Under the pieces are notes generated by a model. The model was not told the origin of the DNA. It did not search any database and was given only the letters and a program-made list of their open reading frames with translations. Of a stretch of 64,000 nucleotides of DNA, positions 1 to 14,023 are shown piece by piece. Made by a program: the position numbers and the translations under genes. The DNA is taken from contig OX597814.1 of the NCBI GenBank assembly GCA_951406725.2, positions 166,966,001-167,030,000 of the forward strand, read 5' to 3'. Source of the DNA: Octopus vulgaris. Lineage: Eukaryota. Positions within the stretch are counted from its first letter, which is position 1. The number at the start of each line of letters is the position of its first letter.

Positions 1-1620
1 CGCCTGCAGTCGACTACGAACACACAAACAGAAAAGGGTCTTTGCAATATACGAATGAACATCCAGCATATATTTATGGCAAAGCAGTTTAGCGGAGTCG
101 AGATCCTAGTTAACTCCGAACCCTTCTCACTTCAACACTCAGTGATCGCCCGCCGTAGTGATGACTTCGCTCTGTTTGGGAAGAAAGACAATAAGGCTAA
201 TAAAATAGGTTGGCTTTGAAGCGTTGTAAGCGAGCGAGTGATACTCTGCTGAATGAAAAGTGAATGAGGCAGGAGAACTGGATTGAGATCACAGTTGAAA
301 TCCTTCTCCGTGTAAAATCTGAACATCTGGATAAGATCCCAGACCTCAACTCCATGCCGAATGAGTTGAAGAGGGTAGAGGACCAAGATGCCTTCTTCCT
401 ACGCAATCAAGAGGAAAGAAGGGTCCTACTGCTGCCGACACCATCGCTGCAACAAACAACAGTATGAAACAACAAGAGAGGCAATAGCATCAACACCAAC
501 AAGTGTGAGTAAAAGTGCAGCAAAAACAACATCAGTACTGACATCAACAATTGCCGTGAGAGCAACAGCGCAACGCCTACAATCGCAGCAGCAACCATGG
601 AAACAGTAACAGCAGTAGCACCAACAACATCAATACCTACGTTGTCAACAGAAGCAAATGAAGTGACGGAAAGTAAGGATTACAACAAAAAACAAAACAA
701 AACAAAAAACAGAAGAAACAAAACACAGAACAACAATGCGTTCACATGAACACCACACACCGCCCAATCCACAGCAACAAATACCTCGTCACTGCCACCA
801 CTTATACGAAAAGGAACATATAGATGAAACACATAGATGAAACCACTGCGAACATACAAGAACAAAAGCAGCTGACTAACACACAGACCTAACAGGAACC
901 AGATCAACAGCATCAGCTAAACATTCTTCTCCACTTACAACAAATCGCATACATATCCAACTTTGAGCTACTAAGAAGAAAAAGGTAAAGAACAGCTACA
1001 TTACATAGCACAGAGTGGAGACCAAGAGACAGCGGCGATGACTTTCAATAAAGCAATGTGAAAGTCCTAAACCTAAAACTGGTAAGGATGCCAGACGACA
1101 GGTATAGGCAAATGAGAGTTTCCTGCATGACGTTCGAAACTCCAGCGCCATGTCCTCGAACAGGGTTTCCCTAAGAAACGCCATACACAGAAGGTAGTAT
1201 AATACACCAGGTTGCTTACAGAAGAACTGTTCAGATATGTGACCCTTTTTCTTCTTCCTTTCTTTCCTAATAATTTGGTAGCCCTGAAAGTAGGTTACGT
1301 CAGCACTCGTGGCCTGGGCTCATCCTGGAGGCAGAGAAGGCTGCCGAATGCCCTCACTTCGCTGGCTGTGGATGTGGTAGCAATTAATGAGATCAAGATT
1401 TCCAGCACATGCATTTCGGCGCCCATTTTTTAATGACTTTGAGATCTATGTATCTCTTAATCATTTGGTGTGGAGGCGGGATGACAATTTTCATTAGGAA
1501 AGGTGCAGATAGCACTAGAGAAGATTCCTGATCATATAGACCTGCCAAACGGAACTTACTGCTCGTTATGGCGACCGGTTGAAGGCCGAAGTTCCACACA
1601 TTTAGTATCACCAACTATCT
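1..1620 (+). mobile_element. Degraded L1/Tx1-like LINE fragment (ORF1 remnant and start of AP endonuclease)
   Basis: ORF 1212-1433 reads LKVGYVSTRGL...DVVAINEIK, resembling an APE N-terminus (NVRGL...QETK); broken, low-complexity ORFs upstream. Boundaries approximate. Confidence 0.45.
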
Positions 1621-2753
1621 AAGTACTTTCTTCTCACAACAGAACAAGCAGAAGTCCGGGCTGCTGCTGACACAGCAGTGGTAATAATATCAAAAGCAAC
1701 AAAAATAATAATATCAAACTAACGTTTGGTGAAGATCATGCCATTAGGGCCTTATTAAAAAGATTCTCAGAGGAGGACATGAGCATAAATCCTGTAAATA
1801 ATTGTTCAAATCTTTTAGTGAAGTCTCACAGTAAAGTATTCATTCAAGTACTACCATAATATATGAAGTTCTTTAAAACCAGTAGCCATATTCCACAGTT
1901 TATCTAAACTCCCCATCGAACTACTAGTTTCTTTGAATAACGCGGTTCGCATGGCGATCGAGTTGGGTCGTATGACTCAGAAAGTAAGTCAAACTTGCAA
2001 CACTTCAAGCACAGAAATATCATACCTCTCCTTTCTTTTCTTTTATAGTGTATTTGACTTGTGATATCTTGTTTTCAAACGCAGGATTATTGAACATGGA
2101 TTAATTTTCAGTCTCATAATATTTGGGTATGGATTAATTTTTAAATTCATCTACTATTGTAGAAACCAGTGACACTTGCTAAGAAAGTCAACTGTACTTG
2201 TAAAAGTTAACTGCACTTGCAGAAAAAGTCAGCTTCATTTGTTATAAAAGGCAGTTGCATTTGTGGAAGCCACTTGAGCTTATAGAAACTATATGCCCTT
2301 GTAAAAGGCATGTGCGGTTGATGATATTAGGTGCTCTTGTAGAAGCCAATTGCCCATATAGAAGCCAGCTGCCCATGAAGGAACCAGTTCACCTTGTAGA
2401 AGCTAGCTGCTCTTGTAGAAACCAGACCAAATGTTTTAAATCTCAATATTGTACTTCATTGCTGCAAATGATTTTCAAAATCCTGCAGCAAGGAAGATGA
2501 TTCCTCACTGAACGAATCTCAATTTGCATATGTTCGTGAAACGTTCTCTTTTCTTTGATATTAGAATGTTTCCGGCGAAGAATCCCTAGAAGCAGTGAAG
2601 TAACTTCAAACGTACGTCCTCCGCATTTATTCTCTCTTTTTTTTTTTTCCTTTTTCTTAAACCAGCAAGACTATAGGATGTGTCTGAGTTCATTCTGAAA
2701 TATCTTATAAGTTTTCATAGCCAAAGGAATGAAGTGAGAAAAATATATAAATA

Positions 2754-3741
2754 CTGTGTTGAGTCAAAAGTTTTGCAATATTTTGAAAACTTATTTGCGT
2801 TATTCAAGTTACAACAAAAGCAACTTAGCATTCAATGGGAAAAAATTTATATTATTTGCTCTCAACCGAAGCAAGGCTCTATAACCTCACTACCTCCACC
2901 TGGTCCAAAAAAAAAGTTGGAGGGGGTCTCTAATAAACCAAGCTTTCAGTCCAAAAAACTCTGAAGCCACCAATCTGCCAGTATTTTGATTCCATACTGA
3001 TACCAGTTCTTGTTTTTCGGGGTGAAAAACTTCTTCATTAAAGCTCCGACCTCTTCTTCGTTGCGTCGCGACCGTAGGCAGTGTCATGGATCGGAACAAG
3101 TAATAATCTGAGGGAGCTATGTCTGGGCTACATGTTGGGTGTGGCATCAGTTCGATTCCCGCAAGTTCCTGAAGTTTATTCCGGGTAGCAGTGTGAGGTC
3201 TTGCACCGTCTTGCTGCAGAATAGCTCGCTCTCTTTTAACCAATGCCGGATATATTAGCTGCACAATAACATACATCCACTTCAGCTTTTCGTAGTACAG
3301 GCTGGCATTGACGGTTCGACCGTCCAGAACGAACTTGTAATGAATTATCCCCCCTTAATTCAACCAGACGCAGAACATCACTGTGTTCAAAATGCTCATA
3401 TTAGGCGACGGGTTCCAGAAGCTGGCCCTTGCTTATGCATGCTAGGATTGCGGGAAGAATCTCAGAATTATTGCTTGTCAGCGATCTATGGTTTACTTCC
3501 TGCGCTCGCGACGATTCATCAACCAAAAGGTGGTGGAAATTCGAAGGTGGAAGCCTCGAAGGACAAGCAAGAACTGATATCAGCATGGGATCAAAGAACT
3601 GGTAGAAAAGTGGCTTCACGTTGTGCAACACGACAGCTCCTACTTTGAATGCTAGGCTTCTTCTTTTCTTTTTTTTTAATGCTTTTAACGATTAAAACTA
3701 GTAAGTTACCAAAATATTGCAAAACGTTTGACTCAACACGA
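2754..3741. mobile_element. Rearranged mariner remnant with two transposase 3' ends
   Basis: Inverted termini GTGTTGAGTCAAAAGTTTTGCAATATTTTG (2756-2785; 3710-3739 with 1 mismatch) flanked by TA; minus-strand QQDGARPH...SPDIAPSDYYLFRSM; plus-strand C-terminal HGIKELVEKWLHVVQHDSSYFEC*. Confidence 0.8.
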
Positions 3742-4081
3742 TAATACAGAAACTATATCTTCTTTCAAAACGAAAATTCTAACAAGCTCGCCACAAATAT
3801 CATTCCATTCATTTTTCGAATTTACACATGACTTGAAAAAGCAACAAAGTAAAGGTAACTTGAGTTGAAATTCCAAGACCACCTGCCTTACAAATGTACT
3901 CAGTATGTATGTATGAATGGATGTATGTATGTATGTATGTAGGTAGGTAGGTAGGGAGGCACCCATGTATGCAAATGAGTAGCAGAATTCGCAACAATGA
4001 AACAAAACTAAAAAGATATGTTTTATCTCATAGTTCTCTCTCTCCCTTCACTTCTCTCTCCCCTCCCTATCTCTATCACTG

Positions 4082-4123
<42 letters not shown>

Positions 4124-4124
4124 C

Positions 4125-4186
<62 letters not shown>

Positions 4187-4269
4187 TTATCTCTGTCTCT
4201 CTCACTCTCTCTACTCCAACATGGCTGCAGTCCAATGACAGGAATAAGTAATTATATACTAAACTTTTT

Positions 4270-4440
4270 TTTATTTTCTCTCTGTTTATTTCTGTGTTCT
4301 TTCTGTTGAAGAATGTAGGCTCGAAACGTAAAAGATTCTCACTTCCCGAGCGTTAAACTAATACATCTGTTTGTTGCTTACACACCCGTCTTCATCTTTT
4401 GTCTTGCTTGTTTTGTTTTTTTTTTTGTAAATTCCAACCA
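4270..4440 (+). mobile_element. Penelope-like pLTR-type short repeat with hammerhead-like motif (4298-4335)
   Basis: UCUUU-CUGUUGA-A-GAAUGUAGGCUC-GAAAC-GUA-AAAGA; the 3' end abuts (TA)n. The core has A6U. Confidence 0.5.
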
Positions 4441-4472
4441 TATATATATATATATACATACATATATATATA

Positions 4473-5743
4473 TTGGGTCATCCCATAAATAATGCGGTTT
4501 TTTTATACTTCTTTTATTTTTCAAAATTAAGATAAACAAAGTTCTTTTTTAATCTAAAATATACTTTCCTTCACTTTCTACAATGCTCTTCCACCTATCT
4601 GGTAGACTTGCAAGGCTCCTCTTCCAAAATTCACTTGTCCGTGACGAGAACTACTCTTCCAGTACTGTTCTGACGTAGTCTACAGAATTCATATTTTTTC
4701 CGTCCAAATGATTTTGAAGACTGCGGAATAAATGATAATCAGATGAAGCAATGTCTGGCGAATATGGTGGGTGGGGCATCGTTTCTCGTTCAAACTGCTC
4801 CAGCTTTTGGAATGTCATCCTTGCTGTATGTAGCCGAGCATTATCCTGATCGAAGAACACCTTTTGTCTTGAAACCAAAGATGGTCGTTTTTCTTCAAGC
4901 GCTGACCCAAGTCGCTCAAGCTGCTGGCAGTAGATCTCCTTTGTTATCGTTTGGTTTGGGTTCAAAAGTTCAAAGTGGACTAAACCTTTCATATCCCACC
5001 AAACATATAGCAACACCTTACGTGGGTGAAGACTTTCTTGAGCCTGGGGTGCCGGTCTTTCTCCTTTCCCTACCCACTGTCTTCGATGCTTGATATTTTT
5101 ATAGAGAACCCATTTCTCACCACCAGTCAATATTCGGTTAAAAAAAAAAGGTTCATTCGTGAGACGTAAGAGAGCAAAGAAGAGCACACATTCACTCTCT
5201 GCGTGCGATTAGACTCGGAGAGTTTGTGAGGAACCCATTGACCAATTTGCTGACTTTTCCGATGGCATGCAGGTATCGATGAATCGTCTGCTAGTTCCTC
5301 AACAGTTACGATGGGATTTTGTTCCACCATGGTTTGCAAGACGTCTTCGTCGAGCTCTACAGATCATCCAGGACGAAGCTTGTCTTCTAGGCTGTAGTTT
5401 GCGGCTCGGAATTTCTGGAGCCACCGTTGACACTGGCTTACGCTTATTGTCCGATTTCCCTATAAACTGCATTAGTATTCCTTACACTTTTCAACTGCGT
5501 TGTTGCCTTTATTGATCTCATAAAGCAAAATATGCTACATATGCCCCTTTGCTACTTCCATTACAGCTCTGAAAAAATAACTGTTAAAATCGAACTGCAC
5601 TCTTCAAAACTTGCACTAAGAATAAGTCCAAGGTAAAATTACTACCTGCTTTTATAGCAAGTTGATGCAGGTAGTTATTTCGTCTCCCTCCAACCTTTGG
5701 TTCATGCAATTGAAAAAACTGCATTATCTATGGGATGACCCTA
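4473..5743 (-). mobile_element. Near full-length mariner (DD34D), defective transposase
   Basis: TIRs of about 30 bp (GGGTCATCCCATARATAATGCRGTTTTT) in TA tracts; WVPHKL, TGGEKW (first D mutated), QDNARLH and YSPDIASSDYHLF motifs, frameshifted. Confidence 0.93.
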
Positions 5744-5769
5744 TATATATATGTATGTGTGTATGTATG

Positions 5770-5803
<34 letters not shown>

Positions 5804-7559
5804 TATGTATGTATGTGTGTGAGAGAGAACGCATATATGTGTGTAGGTAGGTAGGTATGTAAGTAATTATATATGCATGTATGCATCATTCCCTCTAACA
5901 CTACCGTGAGAATCCGAGCCCACGTGATCGCGTCAAAATGTTATTCTTGCCACTCTTCTAAGAGAAATCGCCCAAGTCGTATTAAATTTAAACATGTTTA
6001 TACACTTTTCTTTGTCAATGGCCATCCAAATAGAATTTTTTGTTGATATATTTGCCGGTGATACCATTTGAACTCAGAACATAAAGAACCGGAGCAAATG
6101 CCGCAAGTTATTTTTTTCTGACGCTCTAACGATTCTGCTCAACTAAGTCCTGCCTTTGACAAACATTTCAGTTCTTTGGATATAACTGTCAAAATGTGAT
6201 GCATCCATCGAACGAAACTGAGCAGAACGGGCGTGTGTTTTTTCTTTTATGAAATGTCTAACTTTGAATCTTTGATCCTTAATCAAGCAAAAGTAATATG
6301 GTTCCGTTGAGAAAACTCCCTTATCGTCATGGAATATTTATTGTTAAACACAGATATGGAAAAAAGAATCTGACTTGCATAATCTACCGAATAGAAATTT
6401 ATTATTCAGAACCAAATCACAAAAGAATGAGTTGTCGACTATATGAAGCATCAAGAAACCTATGAAGGAATACACCAAAAAACATATCAAGGTGCCTTAC
6501 AGTGGGATGTCATAGATTTATCTTCTTACACATTTTTGTAACATAAAATAAAACAAACCTTCTTCTAATACATGACATATCATTAAGGGTACTGTTTGTT
6601 TCACTAAATATTAGAACACTTCATTCGATGCGAGAAATTAATGTTTATTCATGCAGTACTTCTGATATGTCATGTGTATTGGCGTATCTCACAGTTCATT
6701 CTGTCATTTGGGTAACTGTAAAGTCTTTGTTTTCATGCAGGGTACCTAAAGACAAGTCAGCTTCTCTGAGATATACTTATGGGCACGACGAGTTGGCAGA
6801 GTCGCTAGAGCGCCAAATAAAATGCCTCGCAGTATTTATACCGATTCCCTGTGTACTAGGTTCAAATCTTGTCGAGGTCAATTTTGCCTTTTATACTTTT
6901 GGGGTTGATAACCACCAATCTAGGGCAGTGGATTGACAAAACCAAAAACGTTTGACTGGATGTCTTACAGTATTTGCTGCAGTTCTTTGCACTCTGAGTT
7001 CAAATCTTACCACGGCCTACATGGACAGTAGACTTAATCCATCAGCCGATTTAACACCACCACTGGGCACCTAGAGTGACTTTAACGAACTCCACTCTGC
7101 TGCAAGAATTCGCACCAGTTCTCCAGTTTGAAAGCATTTTCCTCCTTCTTTCCCACCAGCTTAAGGGACACTATAAAAGAATCGTGAGAGCTGCCTCTCC
7201 TCCTTACTAAAAGAAAAAGAAGAGAAACAACTCACCACTGTATTGTGACAAATCACTAGAGTCAACGAAGAAATTTCTAGATGGTCGCTCAATCTGTTTA
7301 AAGTAGCAGTCGAATCGCCCTCAAAACTTGCCATGCCATCTCAAAAGAAAAAAATACAATGCGTTGAATAATGTAGATCCACTCACCACACGTGATAGAC
7401 TAGCAGTTGCACGGGCACGAAAGCTACGTTGTTATCCTCATTCCGTAAACGGTGGCTTTTAACGAGTGGAGAGCTGAACCATCCTGGGGTATAGAGGATT
7501 CGCAATCTAGACTAGGATCTGAAAGTTTACCACACCATAGTGGGTTACACCATGGTTCC

Positions 7560-7765
7560 TCTGCTTTGTGGAAGAAGTAGGAAGAAAGAGTGAGAGAAAG
7601 TTGTGGTGAAAGGGTACAGCGGGATTCACCACCTCCCCACTCCGGAGCCTCGTGGAGGTTAGGTATTTTTGCTCAATAAACACTCACAATGCCCGGTCTG
7701 GGCATCGAAACCACGTTCTTACGACCGCGAGTCCACTGCCCTAACCACTGGGCCATTGCACCTCC
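7560..7765 (-). mobile_element. tRNA-derived SINE
   Basis: Minus strand begins GGAGGTGCAATGGCCCAGTGGTTAGGGC... with A/B-box-like motifs and continues into a non-tRNA body. Confidence 0.7.
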
Positions 7766-9477
7766 ACTTTTGCTGTTGTTGTTTTGTTTAGCCCTTGGTT
7801 AACTTTGATCAAGCAAACCTATAATCTAAAAGCCATTCTCCTCTGATCATCTCGTCTTTTTAGAAGGGTGTGTATGACTCCCTTATTAAATGTGTCACTT
7901 CCTTATTTAAGACCGAAGTGTATTATCTGAAGGAGATTTGTCTGTTATTACCAACAGATCGAGAGATCATGCAGAGGCTTCTTCCTCTTGATGACTTATA
8001 ATTCCTATTTATTGCTAGGTGAGTCTGGCTACTTTAAAAGTAATTATCTTAGTCATGGGTACAATGTAATGCCATTGGTGTGATACGAACTGATGGTCTG
8101 ACACTTATTCAACCGGTATTTCCATCTTTCCTCTCATCATTAAATCGACAAGCGGTTCCATGGTAATTTCTTTGACAAGAACTGTGTTTATCATGGAATT
8201 TTCGTGGGAGAATGCAACGGTGGTTTTCTTTTAGCGTTTTTTCACAAGAAACCATCTTGTACATTGACTATACACAATAGTGAAATAGTGAGAAGAAAGA
8301 AAAATCAGTCCCTATATTTGTCTGGTACTTTAATTACTGATTTCAAAGGGATAAAAATCAAAGTTGACTTCGGCGGGATTTGAACCCAGAGCCTGGCGAA
8401 CCGGTATAAATACTGCAAAAGCATTCAAGCTGAAGCTCCAACGATTCTTCCAGCTCGCTATCTCCGTCTAGTTTTTAACAATCTAATAATTTTCATTCAG
8501 CAACCCATCATATTTCAGATTCCCTAAATACAATTCCCATCCCGACTAAAACTTTCCAGACAACTCCTTCATCAATACGATTCCTTTTCTTATGGTTTTG
8601 TCATAGGAGAAATAACAGTGCTTATGCCCCTTTCCATGGCGTCCGAGAATGGTGGATTGAAAGAGAAGCTACGACTCGTGTATTGTAGCATAAGGAAACA
8701 TTGTACCAAAATATTCAGTTATCTAGCCACAGACTGGAAACCTTGTCTGATGTTTACGACAGAATGAACTCCACTAAAGACACACAAAGGTTAGGTGCTG
8801 GTATTAAAAACAGAACGCGGATTAAATCTACTATCCTAAATATGTTAGACAATATTTAACCGTTCTATCTTATCGGTTATCTTTCCACTTCGTTTCTAAC
8901 ATACAACTCAAGATTTAAAGATTAAGATTACCCCTATCCAAGCAAATCTTAATCCCCCCAGCTTCTACACGTCTTGTCATTCAATATAACTTGCGTTATA
9001 GTTATTCTAAGTTCAGATTTTAGGCTCTGAAATTATTAAGTATAAAGATATTTATCTATTTTAAAATTATAATAAAAAAAGACTAGGAGCAAAAATCAAA
9101 GGCGAATAAATAAACCTAATTTATAGTCAGGGGATAAAAAAATCTTTAAAAAAAAGTCGAGATTTTAAAAAATTGACTACACAAATATAGACATTGCATA
9201 TCGACTACTCATCTTTAGAACATTTTTGTCTTATTTTTATATTTTTCCTTTGTCATTTTGCTTTCGTTTTACTTCAAAATAAAGCTTTATTTTGTGTAAC
9301 TATAACAGAATTTATTTATTTTCTATTTTCATTCTATATTACATCTTTTTATCCATTTCATATTTCTCTTTTTGTTTGTTTTGTTTTTGGTTTTCTTAGT
9401 ATGGATAATGTTTAGAAACAGTGAAGGACAACTTTCAAACATAACGAATCCTTAGGGTCCAGGTGTTAATAGAAACG

Positions 9478-9600
9478 ACGCCAATCTGTCGTAGTATTGA
9501 TTGGCTTAGCATGTGTAAAAGATCGTCAACATGGCGGCTCTGCTAAAACGCCAGCCAATATTAACAGACCAGACGCCTGTGTTTGCTTAACATTGGCTTC
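9478..9600. promoter_or_regulatory. Promoter-like cluster: four CCAAT boxes and a YY1-like motif
   Basis: CCAAT 9481 and 9555, ATTGG 9500 and 9592, CAACATGGCGGC 9527-9538, in a locally CpG-retaining unique segment. Confidence 0.4.
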
Positions 9601-9696
9601 AGTACAGTTTTGTCAGTGGCACCATACGAAGTAAATTCATTTTTGTCAGTCTTTTGGTTTCTATGTGCGTGCGAATGAGTGTCTGCACGCGCAAGC

Positions 9697-9729
<33 letters not shown>

Positions 9730-9920
9730 TATGTGTGTGTGTGTGTGTATGTGTAACTGTGTCTATATGCACTGGAGTGTTCGGTTGAGTGCATGCGTAA
9801 GCGCACGCGTATTCTTAAATGTGTGCACAAACAGTATGACGCAAACAGTGTAGACATCAATGCGCGCGCGCGTGTGTGTGTATAGATATACAGATATATA
9901 AATATATACACACGTATATA

Positions 9921-9994
<74 letters not shown>

Positions 9995-10042
9995 CAAGTA
10001 CATATATATACATACATGCCTACATATATAATACATACATCC

Positions 10043-10122
<80 letters not shown>

Positions 10123-10169
10123 GTATGTATGTATGTATATATGTATTTATGTATGTGTACATATATATG

Positions 10170-10219
<50 letters not shown>

Positions 10220-10982
10220 TGTATGTATGTATGTATTTATGTATGTGTACATATATATATCTGTCAAGAAGTTTATCTATGCGCATATGAACAACAGAGA
10301 AGAGTTGTGTTTGTGTGTGCGTGTATGTGTGTACATGTGCGTTATGTGTGTGCGTGCATATGTATGTATGTGTATGTGTGTGTGTGCGCGCGCGCGCGCG
10401 CATTTGTATGCTTGCATGCATGTGTGTGTGCGTGCGTGCGTACGTGTGTATGTGTATGTGCGTATAACTCCTCTGCTTTCCTTACACCTCCCCCCCCACC
10501 CCACCCAACTAAACCATTTGGTTTTACCAAACAACAGAGTAATATATTCTCTTATTGACGCTGTCTTTATCACAGCTATTCAGTCATTGTGATGCTATTG
10601 TGCTGGTTTTATGCACTTCACCGCCCACCTCTCCTCCACAAACACACACACTCTTTTCTGAATGTATAGGAATTTCTGAGAATTATTTGCCGAAATTCTT
10701 GACTCCTGATTTCTCCTCTTTTCATTTCTTACTCTTCTGTCCTGCACGAAACACATTCTCTTTTTATCTCTTTCCTTTTCTATTAGTCACTGATCCTTTC
10801 CTCTTCCTCTTCCTCTCCCTCTCACTCTCCCTCTCTCCCTCTCTCCCTTCTCCCTCTACTTTTCTCTTTTCTCTCCCTTCTCCTTTTTCTCATTCTCTCT
10901 TTTTCTCTCTCTTTCTCTCTTTCTGTATTTATGAGTATGTCTGTATGTTAATATGTATATGTGCGTGTCTGTGTGTATAAAT

Positions 10983-11035
<53 letters not shown>

Positions 11036-11080
11036 TGTGTGTCTTGTGTGTGTGTGTGCGTGTATATGTATATATATGTT

Positions 11081-11125
<45 letters not shown>

Positions 11126-11328
11126 TAATGCACACATGCCCTGATGCCGATATCTTTATCTGTGATGCTTTCGTGTCGTAGTAGTTTCAATAAGACACGA
11201 AAGGAACGAATTTTAGAACTTTAGGGAGAATAAAGAAGAAATTATTAAAGAATTGTATAAAAAGTGCATTCTTTGAAGATAGGTAAATTAATCATAACGG
11301 AAGACGCATGAAAATATTGAAAACAAAG

Positions 11329-11410
<82 letters not shown>

Positions 11411-11764
11411 CATACATACATACATACATACATACATACATACATGCATACATGCATATATACATGCATACATATATGCATATATACATGCATGCATACA
11501 TGCATACATACATGCATACATACATGCATATATACATGCTTACATATATACATATATACATACATGCATATATACATGCATATATACATGCATACATACA
11601 TGCATATATACATGCTTACATATATGCATATATATACATGCATGCATACATGCATATATACATGCATGAATACATGCATACATACATAACATATCTGCCT
11701 ACCTATTTATTTATCTATCTATCCATTTATTTATTTATGGATATATAGATATATAGGCAGACAT

Positions 11765-11836
<72 letters not shown>

Positions 11837-11956
11837 CAATATACATACAATCATTCGTACATACATACATACATACATACATACATACATACATACATAC
11901 ATACATACATACATACATACATACATACATACATACGTACGTACGTACGTACGTAG
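9697..11956. repeat. Compound microsatellite field: (GT)n, (TA)n, (TATG)n, (GATA)n, (CATA)n
   Basis: Directly visible; explains the low-complexity ORFs here. Confidence 0.97.
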
Positions 11957-12510
11957 TATCACTCAGAATACCCGTGTACTGTCTATTCTGACCTCCTACA
12001 CTTGGTTTTTTGAGCTGGTCGCATACAAGAATTGAGAAACTGTGTTTCTGAAAATCTAAACAAACAAAGATGTAAATAATATACTTCTCTTATAAATAAG
12101 TCATCATGGCCTTAAAGCCATAATGGTCTTACATGAAGGGTGATCTGTAGCTCTGAAACATCAGCCAATCGATTGAGTTGTAAGTATTCAACCCCGATTG
12201 ACTCACAGATGTTCTGTGTTGCCTCTCTTCTTGTTTTATTGCTACTGCTATGGTCACTGCTCTTACTCATCTTCTTTCCGTCCATTGCCCTTTTCCTTAC
12301 CATGTCCATTACCCTTATTGTGTGATATCACCTCACAGCCCCTAGCCCCTGGCGCCGGTGTTAAACAATTCTCCCAATTACCCCACCAGAATTGTCTGTC
12401 TTGAATTTCCTCCTCTGATGTAGATTTTTTTTTTCTTTTCTACATACACAGACCTACAAATGTTGAGGTTAAACATCAGTCACAAACATTCAGCATCCCG
12501 TTGTGATATA

Positions 12511-13165
12511 TTGGGTTGAAGAATAATTCATGAGCGTTTTTTTTTTTTTTCCAAATTTAAAAATGCACGCAGAAATAAAACACATTGGCATGGTGTGTTT
12601 TGATTTTTTTAATTTTATTGATTTTTGTGTATTTTCAAATCATTAAAATGGAATGCCAAGTGGACAAAACTGACCCATTTCGACATCATTTGCTCTTTGC
12701 ATTTATTCGAGGCGTTAAGGCCGCTGGAGCTGCTCCTTGGATTTGTGCTCTGTATAGAGAAGGAGCAATGCCTCAAAGTACCGCCCGTCGTTGGTTTTCG
12801 AGCTTCAAAAATGGGAATTTTGACCTCAATGACGGACCACACACCGGTCAACTGAATTCGATGAAGAGCGATCGAATCAACTTTTTCACGAAATCCACGT
12901 CAAACGACCAGAGAATTAGCGAAGCAGATGGATTGTGATAAAAATGAAAAACTGTGGTGAACTACCTTCACTAAATGGGCAGGGTTCAGAAACTCAGCGC
13001 TAGGGTGTCACACACCTTGAGCGAAAACAACAAAAATCAACGCTCTACAATCGCCGCCAGTTTGCTCGCTCGACATCGCTCAACTCATGGTCACAAACAG
13101 CGTTTTCTTTACCGCGTTGCCACTAGCGATGAAAAATGGTGCCTTTACGCCAAAAATAAAACAGG
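12511..13165 (+). mobile_element. 5' half of a mariner element
   Basis: TA then TTGGGTTGAAGAATAATTCATGAGCG terminus; ATG 12648 MECQVDKTDPFRHHLL...; ends after TSDEKWCLY. Confidence 0.88.
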
Positions 13166-13577
13166 TTAACAGAGAAAGAAGTTCAAGGGTGCTCGAAACA
13201 AAAATTACTAACCATAAAATGAATGAGCCACAGTATAAATCTGAGATGAACATGAAAAAAACAAAATGGCCCATGCTTCTTTCCAATGAACATAAACAAA
13301 TATTCTGCACCACAACAGTAAAAAGAAATAAGAAAAAAGAGTGCAGTTGAAAGAAAAAGCAGTTAGTGCATATTTCAAGCGAAAAATAGCAAATCATGAG
13401 GTGAACTACTGACAAGTTTATAGCATTTCAGTTCAACGATTATTTCTATTCAGTCCAAGAACGAAAGATCCCGTTTAAGTACCCTGACTAACAAACATTT
13501 ACTAACAAAATATAACTTAGATTTTGCTTTTGGATTTGGTTTGTAAGATTCTTTATATGAGTTCGTGTGTTGAAGCA

Positions 13578-13846
13578 TATTCTGTTGTGTCTGGAGAGAA
13601 TCATTTTCTTTTTGTGCCTTATAACGTAACACACGCACCGGTAAAATTTCCACTCGTTTAATTTTTTTTTCCTAAAATTTTCGTTGCGTCTTGCAACCTT
13701 TTCAAGAGTCAATACAGGCAGAAAAGGTTGCAAGACGCAACGAAAATTTTAGGAAAATAAAAATAAGAAATAAGTGGACATTTTACCGGTGAGTGGACAT
13801 TATAAGGCACAAAAAGAAAATGACTCTCCCCAGACACAACAGAATA
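13578..13846. repeat. Fold-back (about 125-bp inverted arms, 17-nt spacer)
   Basis: TATTCTGTTGTGTCTGG...CCAGACACAACAGAATA; the innermost ~35 bp are perfectly complementary around 13704-13720. Confidence 0.92.
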
Positions 13847-14023
13847 ACTTAGATTACTATCCACAGCATTGTCACTGTAAGCTAATGTTCTCAATATACA
13901 ACATCCCCACAAGACATGATGTATCATAAGCATTCTGAAATGAAATAAGAAATAAAGAAAAGAAAATAATAAATAAGCATTGAAGTCATGGGACCGAGAG
14001 AATGTTTATAGAAGTCACATATA

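Noticed and set aside
2155-2425. Degenerate ~20-bp tandem units (CTTGTAGAAGCCAGCTGC-like)
   Set aside because: Old minisatellite; the 81-aa ORF across it has no support.
9561-11962. Many ORFs of YI/CV/MYVC/HTYI type (also at 18.0-19.4, 25.3 and 32.0-33.0 kb)
   Set aside because: Translations of microsatellites that lack stop codons; no coding evidence.
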